A stretch of DNA of 59,774 nucleotides, filler included, from Sphacelaria rigidula (Eukaryota), in assembly GCA_964200075.2 (NCBI GenBank). It is 9 parts of 9 records of this genome, joined end to end, with 100 filler letters (N's around TTAATTAATTAA, not from the genome) between each part and the next. Parts side by side here need not be neighbours in the genome. Positions count along the whole stretch, not along the records: positions 19,960 to 26,512 come from CAXNAA020019383.1; positions 26,613 to 33,165 come from CAXNAA020019384.1; positions 33,266 to 39,818 come from CAXNAA020019385.1; 6 more parts are not named here. One strand, given 5' to 3'. Positions 26,208 through 38,190 of this stretch are shown in pieces. Positions within the stretch are counted from its first letter, which is position 1; every line of letters starts with the position of its first letter. The translations under genes were made by a program, and so were the position numbers. Under the pieces are notes generated by a model, which saw nothing but the letters and a program-made list of their open reading frames with translations, was not told the DNA's origin and ran no database searches.

Positions 26208-26512
26208 TTTAAGACTGCAGGTCTGTTTAGAGTTGGAAGCCATGCTACGATAGGGGGGGGGGGTGCGATTCCACGAAAAAATGTGCTCATGGATGCACCA
26301 AACGACCTAAAATACTCGCAGTGCGTTTGTATTCGGATACAAGCGGTGTAAAGCAGCATGAATGAGCTTTATTCATCGGCACCGAGCGCGTTTGAACAAG
26401 TGTGGCTGCTTTCAATGGCGATTGAAGTGGAATTTCGTGGAAGAAAACGCCCGTCCCCCCCCCCCCGCTGCCCCCCGCCCCCTGCCGACACGCCGCTCCG
26501 CCTATGCCAGCC

Positions 26513-26612
26513 NNNNNNNNNNNNNNNNNNNNNNNNNNNNNNNNNNNNNNNNNNNNTTAATTAATTAANNNNNNNNNNNNNNNNNNNNNNNNNNNNNNNN
26601 NNNNNNNNNNNN
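26513..26612. other. Artificial contig spacer
   Basis: N-TTAATTAATTAA-N. Confidence 0.98.
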
Positions 26613-29600
26613 TGCCATGGGTCCCAAGATATAGAGTTTTTCCCACCAGGTGCCTTAAGCGTATCTTAATTGGTACATTTCCCTCTATAGGTACAGAATA
26701 TGTGACTGTGGTGTGGGGTTTTTTCCCGGCAAGCCGTTGCGTACATGTCTTCATTGCTTTGAGGCGGAAGGGGTGAGGGGCGTGAGTCTGGGCATCGCCA
26801 ACCAACAGCAAAGCGAAATATCTATTCGTGTTTCGCATTTGTGCAGGCTGCATCATCACTGATAGCTCGTGATGAAATGAATCTCTCTCTCCCTCCCCCA
26901 CGCATTCACAGGTATCCTAAAAAAGTGACGAACTCAAAACATCGCCAACGGGACACAGGATTGCCGATGCTGAACACAGAGAGAGATGCCAAACTTCCGA
27001 CCCTTTGGGTCGACGGGGGTGGTCATTCTATTGACTTGTTATCCCCTTCACTTTGAAAAATCACGGCGGCGGCGATCGTTTTAATGAACCGCTATCATTT
27101 TCAATCTGAAAAATGACGTCGGGCAAGACCCACACGACCCGTACCCGGGCGGTCGAAGGCCTGCCCAAAGTCTCACAGGTTAGTGACCGCCAGAAAGCGG
27201 CTGCTAACCAAGGGCCTCAGAAGCGGATATATATCATGGGGAAGAAAACACCAAAAATGATATGCTCAGGAATGAACAGCTTTGCGGTTGATATGATGCT
27301 CACAGTGACCCAAAATGAACGCACGCGTACGAACACACACACGCACGCACGCACACACACACACACGTAAAAGCACGTTGCCACGCACCCACCACCAACC
27401 ACAACCACCACCCCTACCGGAGCATGACACACCGGAGTATGATACCCCCACCGGAGCATGACACACACTGAAGTGTGACACACAGCGTAAACGAGAGAGA
27501 CACAGACACGAACAAAAATACCGACACGATCACGCCCAAAATTTTTCAAAAAAAAAGAACCCAAAGGAATCCCTCGGACAAAATAAGCAACGGCGCAGTG
27601 GCCTTGTAACTTTAATTTTCCCAAATTGGTGAGTGAGAATGCAAGAGTGGTACCGCGTCAAGCAAGAGAAAAAAAAGCGGGACACTGAAAAACAAAAACA
27701 AAAATACAACTGCGAACAATAAAACAGATAAACACGCACATGCCCATACAGATGAATAGACATGAGTGCAGATACAACATCCCACCCAAGAAGACCATGT
27801 TCGAATGTCTCGACGCTTTCCAAAAGCGCATGGCGTATCAAAAGTAGCGCACGTACCAATAACTCACCCTCCCTGACAGACAGACGCACGTAAGACCTGT
27901 TCTCACTTCTTCTCCCCCTTTCCCCCACCCCTCCCTGCTCCAACAGGGAAAGGGAGGGAAGTTCCATGCCAAACCCGTCCCTATCATCTGTGCAGAGAGA
28001 GACATAAACGCACTCCTCCAGTTCCATAGAATTAAAACAAACGTGTCGAGTGCACACAAACGCACTCCTCCAGTTCCTCTCACGGGGTCATCTATCGACC
28101 AACCCTGTCGATATACTCGCGTCTCGCCCCCCCCTGCCTTCTTCCCAACAACGGAGTTAGTGATCGCGGGGATCGCACAGGATAAGCTACAGTACAAGTA
28201 AGCGTTTTTGCTCTTATGGCCGCACACGCGTTCAACACGCGTTGCTGCATTTTTAGTATGGACACCGCCGCACCATGTATGGTAATATTTTCAGGTGCAT
28301 AGTGGGGAAAGGAGGGGGAGGGGGGGGGGGGGGGGGGGGGGGCGGGCAGGGGAGAAGACGGGGTTGGTGGGGGGGGGGGGGGGGGGGGGGAGGCATGACG
28401 GAGCGAAGGGAACCACTTTCCACCCTTGTCTGCTCGTGAGAGGGCTTCGCAAGGTGAATTTGTGATTGAGGCAAGGATTGCTAGATCGCTCGGGTGCTTG
28501 ATTAGTTGTCGCACAATACGTGATCTGCTGCAAATCCAGCCGTGAACACATGGGTCTGTGATATCGCTCCTCCTTCTCGACTCCCCCCCCCCCCTTCTTC
28601 TCTCCGCCCAAATGTTGGATGTGCCTCTTTTGGGAGTAGGAACGATGCTCCGTCTCGAAAGGGATGCGTAGTCAATGGTCAAACGACTAAGGCAAGCCAC
28701 AAATGAGTACGCCACCACCCCCACCCCCAACCAGCGAAAACAGGGCCCAGCTCACTTCGTCATTCCTCGTGCCAGTATATATATATATATATATGCTCTG
28801 TTTTTCTTATTGAAAGGCTCGTTCGTGTTTTCTGACAGAAAGATGGAAGGCAAAATGGAAATGTCGCCGACTAGACAGAAGACGGCACGAGAGTGTCTAG
28901 CGCCGCTCCGTCCGTTTCCTGACCAGCTATCCTCGGTGTATCAATCATAGGAAAGTCCATCTGCCACAGCGCCTCCTGGAAAAAAAACAGATGTGCAAAT
29001 AACGTGTTGAAAAGGAGAAAAGAAAAGGGGCAAAATAAATCGATAGGAAAATGGGGGGGAAAGTGCGATTAAATTATATCCCGTGACGAAGGACAAATAG
29101 CGGGTCACTTCCCAGCGCGTTTCCTACCTGCCTGTACGATCGATCGACCATATCCGCGACTGGATTCTAATGTGTTGGTCAATACGCAGGCAAGACACCA
29201 ACGATATATGCAGTCAAAGAATTAATACATAAAAACATGTACATGTATATGTATGTATATGTATACGTGTATACATACATGTATACACATGTACTGTGAG
29301 AAAAGCTTGAGCCGATATACCTTGACGGGGAAGGGAGACGATAGAGGGGGGTGGATAAGGCCAAAATATGGCAAAGGGCCCACAGATAGGGGCAAGAATT
29401 TTGACTGGCACGAGTTTTCGACCAATCAGAGTCTCCCAATATACCAAAATGCGGCGACCTTTTTTCAATCATATGAGAGAATCGAGTAGAAATGAAGTGA
29501 TCAAATAGCTGTGATTGGCCTACACATTGCGCCGCTGCCAGTCAGACAGCTGCTACCATCAATCGCTTGGGATACAGCAGCTCCGTGCTGGCTCAGTTTG

Positions 29601-30415
29601 TATGACCCAACCTCGACGCGTCCGCCTTGTGTGTCTTCTCCGATCACAGCACCCGACTACAACTGAAGTACCGAAGAAGACGCAACAGACAGCTGCACGT
29701 TTTTCATGTAATCGTTTCAACTTTGTGTACAGCGCTTGATCCCACCCCAATTCTGTGCAAACCGAAACATGGCACTCTCCAGCGCACATCAGACCATGTT
29801 CGTCGTGGCGTGTTTAAATGCACAACAGCACAGCGACAATTGGAGCGTAGAAATGATGGATGTGGGAAGCGTCTTGTTCGCTTGACGGAAGACGAAACAG
29901 CGAACACACAACAGTGCGTAGACTGCACTGCGTGCCGACAAACATTATTTTCCTCATTTTCTGTAAAGACAAAGGCAGTGACAGTAAGGCAACTGACGCA
30001 ATCCCAGCGGAAACCGAACCGTCTTCGCAGAGGTCCGAACACACCACAGCGCCGTGACAGCAACAGCGCATGAGAGAGGGCGTGAGTGTATTTTTGCTGC
30101 AGCACGGTGAAACAACACATGTCCCATGTCATACTTCTTCCGCTCATTTCAGACGGTTCCTCAATTATTGCCGAGCAAGATCATCTACAGGCAATCACAC
30201 GAGACACGCATACGAAACGACCACCCCGGTGCGGTCGGAGCAGTTTCTGCCCAACAGTACAGAAGCACGCTCAGGGTATGACTAACATTCATCCGTCGGT
30301 TTATTATAACCCAGAGCGCCAGTGGTAGATAGGTTATCATTACCACTGTACTATTATATGGTGTGTGTACGGTAACGCAATTTTTGTGTGCGCATGATCT
30401 GGGGAGTACACTATT

Positions 30416-30678
30416 GCACACGTCGGACAGCTCATGGGCTGGCTACCCGAAATAACTAATCGAAGACAACTCTCAGATCCATTGTACACAAACACAAGAT
30501 ACGTGACAGCAGTGTCCGAAAAGCCAAAGCGTTACCTTTCCGCTACACTGCATGCTCGGTGTCCATCGCTGTCGGGGGCTAATACGGGTATAGTGGCCGA
30601 AGGAGCTAGCTCATGATCCGGATCAGTACTCTACTGACAAGTAATATCCAGGTAACTCATGACCTGTCCGACGTGTGC
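30416..30678. mobile_element. 263-bp MITE with GCACACGTCGGACAG TIRs
   Basis: Perfect 15-bp TIRs, flanked by the direct repeat ACTATT (30410-30415 and 30679-30684). Confidence 0.85.
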
Positions 30679-31106
30679 ACTATTCTGTGCGCCTGAAGAA
30701 GACTCACAACCTGGAACTGCATTGAAGCGTCAAAAGTAGCCTCTGATGATGTACGACTAGTGCGGGCACACACACAAGAGACAGACGAAATGCATCGCAA
30801 CACGGTTTACCACCCATAACACAAATAAATCAGCCCGACAAAACTGTGACCCGACGACGATCACGTGTGCGCCACCTCTCATCAGCACCCTATAAACCGG
30901 AGACTAATTTCCATCTTTTTCGTTCACACTATTCATAGCGCCGGTACACACCATCTGTCCCTCTACCCATCTATCCAGCGACAGAAATCTGACACACGCA
31001 CACATACACATATATGCAGACTCGATCCAAACAACATCCATCACCAGGGCAAAAACTCGTTCCCCCGCCCCCCCTTGACAAGTATTTAAATTTCCTTCAT
31101 TCTCAC

Positions 31107-31614
31107 CTGCCCAATTTCCTTCGCCTCACGCAGCGTGATCCCCTTCATGTTCCTAGCCTCCTTCGCCGACATCCCACGCTCCTCCTCCTTACTTCCACCA
31201 ACTCCACCACCATCACTCCTACACTGCGACCCTGCTCGGTCGCCCTGCCGAGCACCCCCCGACCCTCCCCCCCTCGCCGCCGCTGCCGCCGCCGCTACGG
31301 CCGCCACGGCCGCCGCCCGACTACTACAGCTCCGACCCGCACGACCCGCGCCGCCGCCAACCCTCGCGCTGCCGTGATTCGCAAGCGCCAGTCTCCTGTC
31401 CTTCTCGATCTCGCTGTCCTCGATGGTCCTGATCACTGCCGACTGGTTCTCGGCGCACGTTACGATCAGGCGGTCCAGACGCTTGAAAACGTTTTGCGCG
31501 CGTCGGCCCCGGCCGGAAGAGAGCCACAGCTCCTCACGGTAAAGCCAAGCCTTCAACTCGCTCATGTCCGACAGGAGGGTCAGATGGACGTCCGCATCGG
31601 GACAGTCCTTTACC
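31107..31614 (-). CDS. Internal coding exon of an unidentified host gene
   Basis: GC-rich open frame (VKDCPDADVHL..KAWLYREELW..LREAKEIGQ) with Ala/Gly low complexity, bounded by a CTACTGTAG acceptor and a CAG|GTGAGA donor. Confidence 0.55.
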
Positions 31615-31942
31615 CTACAGTAGGAGGTTTTTGGAAGGGAGAGGGGGGAGAGGGGGTGGGGGCGTACTCATTTGTTGCTTGCCTTAGTCGTTTGACCAGT
31701 GACGACGCATCCCTTTCGAGACTTTGGAAGAGAGGGGGGGGCGGCGGGGGTACTCGTTTGATCATTGACCACGCATCGCTTTCGAGACGGAGCGAGGAGA
31801 GTCGGGGAGCGGGGAGGGGGGGAGGTGGCAGTACTTTCGTGGAGTTGCGACAGAAAGATCTTGTTGTGGGAACCACCACGTATAAGGGGAAGATCCGAAC
31901 AAACATCCGTCGAAAGAACACCTTTTCAAATTGGCGACACCA

Positions 31943-32001
31943 TGAGACAGCTTGTATGCTTCATAAACTAAAGGTCCCGGGTTCGAATCCGAGCTGTCTC
32001 A
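31943..32001 (+). pseudogene. tRNA-like remnant lacking a D-arm (pseudo-tRNA or SINE head)
   Basis: B-box GGTTCGAATCC, closing stem GAGACAG/CTGTCTC plus A, and an anticodon-loop-like TTCATAA. No A-box. Confidence 0.45.
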
Positions 32002-33083
32002 AGGTGACGCCAATGTTAGGAGAGGACAAAAGAGTCCTTGAAACGATCGGGGTCCACTCAAATGATGAATGATGTTGTAGCAAAGTTCAAAGTCCCTCGG
32101 AAAAATCTTCTGTGCAGATTGTCGGCTATAATAGGGGACGCTACACACGCGTAAAAGGGAAGTGAAAAATAGTGCACATCCTCACCGCTAGCCGGCGAAA
32201 AAGGGTATACCTGCAAGCCTCTTCTCGTTGAATAACCGGAAGCACACGCTCATAAAAGGGGAAAACTTCCACAAGTGTCCGTCGAGGAATCGCCTCTTCA
32301 CATTGTGGCGACTGTCTATCTTGCCTATACATACTACATGTATATACTTAAAATCTGGCTTCCTTTTCTACTCTGAAACGCACAATTCAACTCAATTCAA
32401 CAAACTCATTTCTGAAAATCTACCTACTGCGCATGTTGATACCCCGCATCGTCTGTGCCTCTTAACCACATACACCGCACGACAGTCAACAGCGTCCTCC
32501 CGATACTGTAAGCCTTTCGGAGTCCAGGACCAGGAGAGGACTGCCCGGAGTAGTATTTGCCTTAAAGGCCATGCAACACATTATGATAGTCACTTCTACC
32601 ATATCTGTGCTATCGATATCTTGACGTTATACTAACGTGGCCTGTCACCGAGCACCTCTCAAAACCCCCCCACGAGACAGACACATCACAAAACCGGGTA
32701 ACCAGGGAAAACTAGACGCCGATCTAACTTGCAGCAGCCGACCGGGACAAAAATCATACCCTCAACAATAGATCACGTTGTCAAAAAGTGTAATGCGCAC
32801 AGTATGGAATCTAGTGTCTATTGCAATAGACGCAATGATCGATTCTATACGCAGCACACTTGTTGGCAATGTAATATAATATATTCATTATTATCCAGGG
32901 TGTAAAAAAATAAAATAAAATCATGCCATCATCCTTCAGTCACGGGGAACGACCGAAAACACACGACGCCCCACACCACTGTACACTACATGTAAACTAG
33001 AGTTGTGAACTGGTTCGGCTAACCAGTTAACTGGTTGCAAAAAATTACATCAGTTACAGTTATTATCTATTAAAAACGGATAA

Positions 33084-33165
33084 CTAGCGGCGAAGCAATC
33101 CTGTCATTCCGGCAGCGTTGCCTGGCAAGGCAACGCGGCGGCGTCGCGTAAACGCCCCCCCCCCC
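33084..33165 (-). mobile_element. Possible Helitron 3' end
   Basis: On the minus strand, a GCGTTGCC/GGCAACGC hairpin is followed about 27 nt later by CTAG|T. Confidence 0.3.
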
Positions 33166-33265
33166 NNNNNNNNNNNNNNNNNNNNNNNNNNNNNNNNNNN
33201 NNNNNNNNNTTAATTAATTAANNNNNNNNNNNNNNNNNNNNNNNNNNNNNNNNNNNNNNNNNNNN
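33166..33265. other. Artificial contig spacer
   Basis: N-TTAATTAATTAA-N. Confidence 0.98.
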
Positions 33266-33596
33266 AAGATTTTAATCCTCCGGGTTCTCATCCTCAATCA
33301 ATAGCACCATCCTCAACATAGATGATTGGCTGTTTTCAGTAGTCAGGTCATTCACCGCTATTTTATTCTTAGTCTTTTTCTCAACAATAGTATAGAGTAT
33401 GATGAGTGGTGTAGATACAAACGTTAGTTTTCCGGCCTGCTCCGCGTTGATAGTCCAACAATATGAATTATCAAAGCGAAAATAATGGTTTTGTACATGA
33501 GCACCACCAAAATATATCGAAGAATAAAACAAGGATCCCTTAAAGACACCAAAATGCTTTCATATGTCCCCCTGCTCTTGTATCTAATTCCCGCAG

Positions 33597-35180
33597 ATGA
33601 CCACAGACACGTTTGCGTCCTTAATCGACAGCATCATACCGAAACATGTGTTTGTGGCAGCGACAGTCGACCAGGGGGGAAACGCGGTTGATCCCTGGAT
33701 ATCTCTCGACGCCCCCGTACTTCTTTGTCGCGTCCAATGGATCAACTCGGCTGTGATGTGGATGCTCGGGATCGCCGGCTCAGCCTCTAGGTGCCAGAAC
33801 AAGGACATGGAGGCGCAAATCCACAGGGCTGCCGCGTTGGTCGGCGTGTTCAGCCATTCTGCTGTCAACAACGATGCTGTGCGAGCAGTCCAGCGCAAAG
33901 TTAAGGAGCAAAAGATGAAGGAACAAGCAGAAGCCATGGCGGCGGAGGCAGCGGGCATCACTCTGGCACAAAGGGAGTTCCTGGAGAGGGCGAAATGGAT
34001 GAATTCGTGTAGCGAGGAACCGATCAACTTGGAAAACATCAAGTTCGACATTCTGAACCTAATGAGGGCCCATGACACCAGGTCAGCTTCACTGCAGGAA
34101 GGAGAATGTGACGTTCGGGGTTGTACTGTGACATCCTTCAGATTTATCCGTCGTTGTGTTGTGTGCGCTTTTTGTTTTTTGCCGGGTGTTTCCGTTTGCC
34201 TGATTTATCCTGTCTTGCTTTGTCTCCTATTATTAGAGCGTTTGTGTACATTCTCCTCCGTTGGGTTCCTGTGTTTATTTTTATCGTTTTTTCTACCTTG
34301 AAGTCGTCCGTCTTGCGATCATAGCTATCCGTCGGGAATCAGTAAAAGTCAGAACATCAATTCACCAAAAATGATCAGTTGCTGATGGCTGTCTCGTCGT
34401 TCACACCCGCGTGTATACGCAACAATGAATGCCAGGTGGGCTTCGCAGCTTGCGTTTTTGGTACGTTTGATCATCCTCGAAAAGTCCATCGCCCAGTAAC
34501 TCCGAGAAGAAAAAACAGAATGCGCACCGCAGGCTCTCGCCGACCGATTGGGTGGTTGTGAAGGAGATCTGCTGCGTGGTGGAGTACGCGGAGGGAGTGA
34601 AGATCGGTATCCAGGGCGGCATTGACAGCATCCTCAGCCGGACCATCTACCCGTTACACCAGCTGGTTGACATCCTCACCTCCGCAGACGTAGTGATGGT
34701 CGACTTCGAAAAGACCAGGGAGGCCTAGACGGGGGAGGGGCCACCGGTCCACGAGCTGAAATGCGTCGATGACCTCCAGGCCCCAGTGCAAAAGGCGGCA
34801 TCTGTCTGCATCCAACAGCTAGCTCAAGGGTCGCAAGGTCAACGTGGCTTCCACCACCGTGGAGATCCTCGCTCTCTACCTGGACCCGCGCTACAAAACA
34901 ATGGACGACTCGGTGTGTCGCAACCGGGATTCCGCGGAGGTGGACGACCACACTTTGAGCGAGAAGGCGAAGGAGGCGCTGGTCGCCCTAGGCAAGGCGG
35001 TGGACAGTGAGCTGTGTAGCAAGGAGACGGCGACTTCTGTTGATGATGTTTCTGCGTCTCGACGCTGGCCGCATCAAGGAGTTGGAATTAATCCCCATGG
35101 GAATGGGCAAGATCCACGCAAGCCAGGAGAAGGCCCGGCGACATGCCATCGCTGCACAAGGGGAATGCCGAAGGCGAAGG
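33597..35180 (+). pseudogene. Decayed intron-containing hAT transposase
   Basis: Exon 33597-34081 has TVDQGGN (second catalytic Asp), LLCR..INSAV (C-x2-H-x-LN region) and DTR|gt. The exon from 34533 has LSPTDWVVVKEICCVV..IQG and then LALYLDPRYK. Stops and frameshifts are present. Confidence 0.8.
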
Positions 35181-36260
35181 GTAAATCGTAAATCTTGCAC
35201 AGGACGAGGATCTCGTGTATGCACTGTAGTGGTGAAGGAGAGGGTCGAGGGGCATCGTGAATGCTTGTATTGAGTTTGTTCTTTGTATTATATGTTGCAT
35301 TTTATCCTGTGGCGGAGGGTTCTCTTCATTTCTGCTGTTTCGTTGTTCATTATAATTATTATTTTTTATTGAGTATCTTGTCAGAGTAGCGAGCGTGATA
35401 TTTGTTTTGTTTTGTTTTCATTTTTCGCCATTCGGTCGAGAATTTGTTTCTTGTCAAAAGTATCGTGTGTTTTAGTTCTTTACGTCGGGTATCTTTATCA
35501 GGCGACCACGGCTGGTGTCGTAGTGGTCCAATCTGATGGAAATCGAAGAATATTTATCAGTCTGTGTACACCAAAAACCAACTGCAGCATGGCACATCCT
35601 GGACAAAATGTGGTCATTAGCTGCAAAGGAAAATAGTGTACTGCGTAGAGAATACGCGTATAATCATGATTGCTGTCCCGAGCAGGGTAGACCTCAATGT
35701 TGAAGAAGTCGTGTTTGTTCTCTTCTTTCGGGATGATGACGTACGCGGGTCTGTAGGCCACCGTCATGAGCGATGTGGATCTGTTTTCTCGGTTGCCTTC
35801 CTTTCAAGCATCAATTCAACGGATTTATGTGGTGAATGTTTCATGCTTTCATATCGCTGTGCCCACATACCCGACGTCCTCACAGTCCACAGCTTGCTGG
35901 AGAAGCACGTCACATCTCCGGAGAGCGCCTGGACCCTGGTCATCATGCTGCTGCCGCTCGTAATGGGGGTGAAGTTTTCCTGTTGTTCATGCCCCGATGA
36001 AACGTTTCGGGCCTCCGCCACCAACGACAGCAGCATGAAGGTCAGGGTGCACCCCATGTCCCAAGACTTTACATGGTGCCCCAGCAAGTGTGTTGGTTCG
36101 CGTCGTAAGAGGTGGCTCCGTTTGTCGCTATATATGAGGGGTTGTGGGTTGCGAGGGTATAGGCTCTGGTACAGTAGCAACAGGAAAGACGAAAAATGAC
36201 TACTATACCTGTGCCGAGCGGGCTCTTGACAAAACTGCGCACCCTGGACAATACAAAATG

Positions 36261-36670
36261 TAATATATATTGCCCGCTCAATATATCGACGCGTCGGGTG
36301 GTCAATATATATTGGGCGAGCAATATGATGACACGACAGAGGGTCAATATATATTGTGCCATCAAGATATCGAGGCTCGTGACATGCAATATATATCGAC
36401 CGAACAATATATCACGACACGCGCCACCTCAATATATATATATTGGCCGAGTAATAGGTTGGTGCGAGAAGGCACCAATATATATTTATCGAGTAATATA
36501 TTTGCTGCCACCCGAGGTCAATATATATTGACGATTCAATATACTCGACACCCGAAGCGCCAATATATATTGCCGCCCCAATATGTCGTGCGTCAACGCG
36601 TCCAATATATATTGGGCGGACAATACACGAGGGAACCGACGGTCACAATACATGTTGATGTAGCAAAATA
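36261..36670. repeat. Array A: 10 units, palindrome plus half-site with unique spacers, ~42-bp period
   Basis: Unit starts: 36261, 36303, 36345, 36387, 36430, 36476, 36519, 36561, 36603, 36646. Confidence 0.92.
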
Positions 36671-37132
36671 TATTGATTTTAACATATATAATGGAAAGTG
36701 TATCGGAAATAGTATGGTGAGCAGTTCTTTGTTCGCGGGCGCCATTCGAAGACGTATTTTACATGCCGAATATGCTCAATGTACCAGTCGCCCCGGTGGC
36801 TCAGTTGGTAACCTCGTAACCTTCTGGTGGGATTTTTTCTTGCACCATGCTCAACAGTGGAGAGCGACTATGTCGTGGGTACACAAAATTCGACTTCACA
36901 GTCGACGAGGAAAAGGGACTGCTGGATCCCTCTCGCGATAAAAAATATAAGCACGTACCGCAGAAGGAAGGTGGGGTACTAAAAACAAAAACGAAAAAAA
37001 GAGCTCCTGTGGTGACCGTCCTCCTGTGTGACCNNNNNNNNNNCCCGGCTGATGCGCCCACATATCCCGAAAGGGGTAGACTGGCGTCCAGAATAAATGG
37101 GACGACAACACACACTCCTCCGCAAGCGTGTT

Positions 37133-37518
37133 CAATATATATTGGTTGCACAATAGCTATCCGATCAGCGTGCGTAATATATATTGGAGAAACAATTCTT
37201 CTGCATGGTTTGCGTTCAATATATATTATGGTAACAATATCCTACACATCGCCTCGACTCAATATATATTGACACTTCAATACATACACGGCCGGCATGC
37301 ACAATATGTATTGAATGTTTTATTCTCGGAGCAACTGCATGTCCAATATGTATTGTCGTACACACTACTTCATGATCATGACACGAGCAATATATGTTGT
37401 TGCTTCAATATCTCCGAGGACATCTCAACACAATATTTACGGAAAGGACAATATTTGCGCTGGCTCCAATACAAAGTATTGATATCATATTGGAATATAA
37501 TATATTGTCCAGGGTATG
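37133..37518. repeat. Array B: about 8 units ending in an internal right-TIR copy
   Basis: Unit starts: 37133, 37175, 37217, 37260, 37302, 37344, 37388, 37431. TATATTGTCCAGGGTATG lies at 37501-37518. Confidence 0.88.
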
Positions 37519-37868
37519 AACAACACAGCCCCGGTGACCACAGGGGTACCAAGAGGCGCATATCGACCCGCGTTTTCTGTCGTGATGTTTAGCCAAGATA
37601 TTTATATTACATGCTGGAAAGGGGATGGGCGGCCCCGCACCGTTGGCCAAATAGGTATCAGGAGGCATATATACCGGGTCGCCTCTTCTGTCACCATATT
37701 TTCTAACCAGTATACATACATATATATATATCGAATGCATTCGACAACTTTCCGAAGTAATGCACGCGAACTTCTGCGGCTCCCTTTAAAGCCTTCCACA
37801 ATCGGCACGGGCTCCGGCATCCATCGCGTCTGGACCTCTCCTAGAGCGTACACGATACTTACAACATC

Positions 37869-38190
37869 TAATATATTTTGACCGGCCAATACGTCGTCAC
37901 GCACGCAGACCCAACATATATTGACCGGTCGATATGTTCTCATCAATGCGACCCTAATATATATTGGTCGTGCAATATGCTGTCGCCCACGCTGCCCCAA
38001 TATATAATGACGGGACAATATGTGTTCAACCCAATAGTACCAATATAAATTGGGCGGGCAATATCTATGGAGTCCCACGACATCAATATATATTGGGCGC
38101 GCAATACATGTGCAGTCTAGGGGTACCAATATATATTACACCGGCTATATATCGCAAAATTCCAATATGATCGACTAATATATATTGGAA
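37869..38190. repeat. Array C: 7-8 units, 43-bp period
   Basis: Unit starts: 37869, 37912, 37955, 37998, 38041, 38084, 38127, (38176). Confidence 0.9.

Noticed and set aside
28305..28390. Poly-Pro ORFs or a G-quadruplex element
   Set aside because: Simple poly-G tracts that are common throughout the window.
33272..33532. AT-rich 86-aa ORF at a contig edge, possibly viral
   Set aside because: Too short, with no recognisable motif.
36261..38190. A bona fide CRISPR array
   Set aside because: The context is eukaryotic, no cas genes are visible, the repeat is short and bipartite, and the arrays are enclosed by TIRs with an 8-bp TSD.
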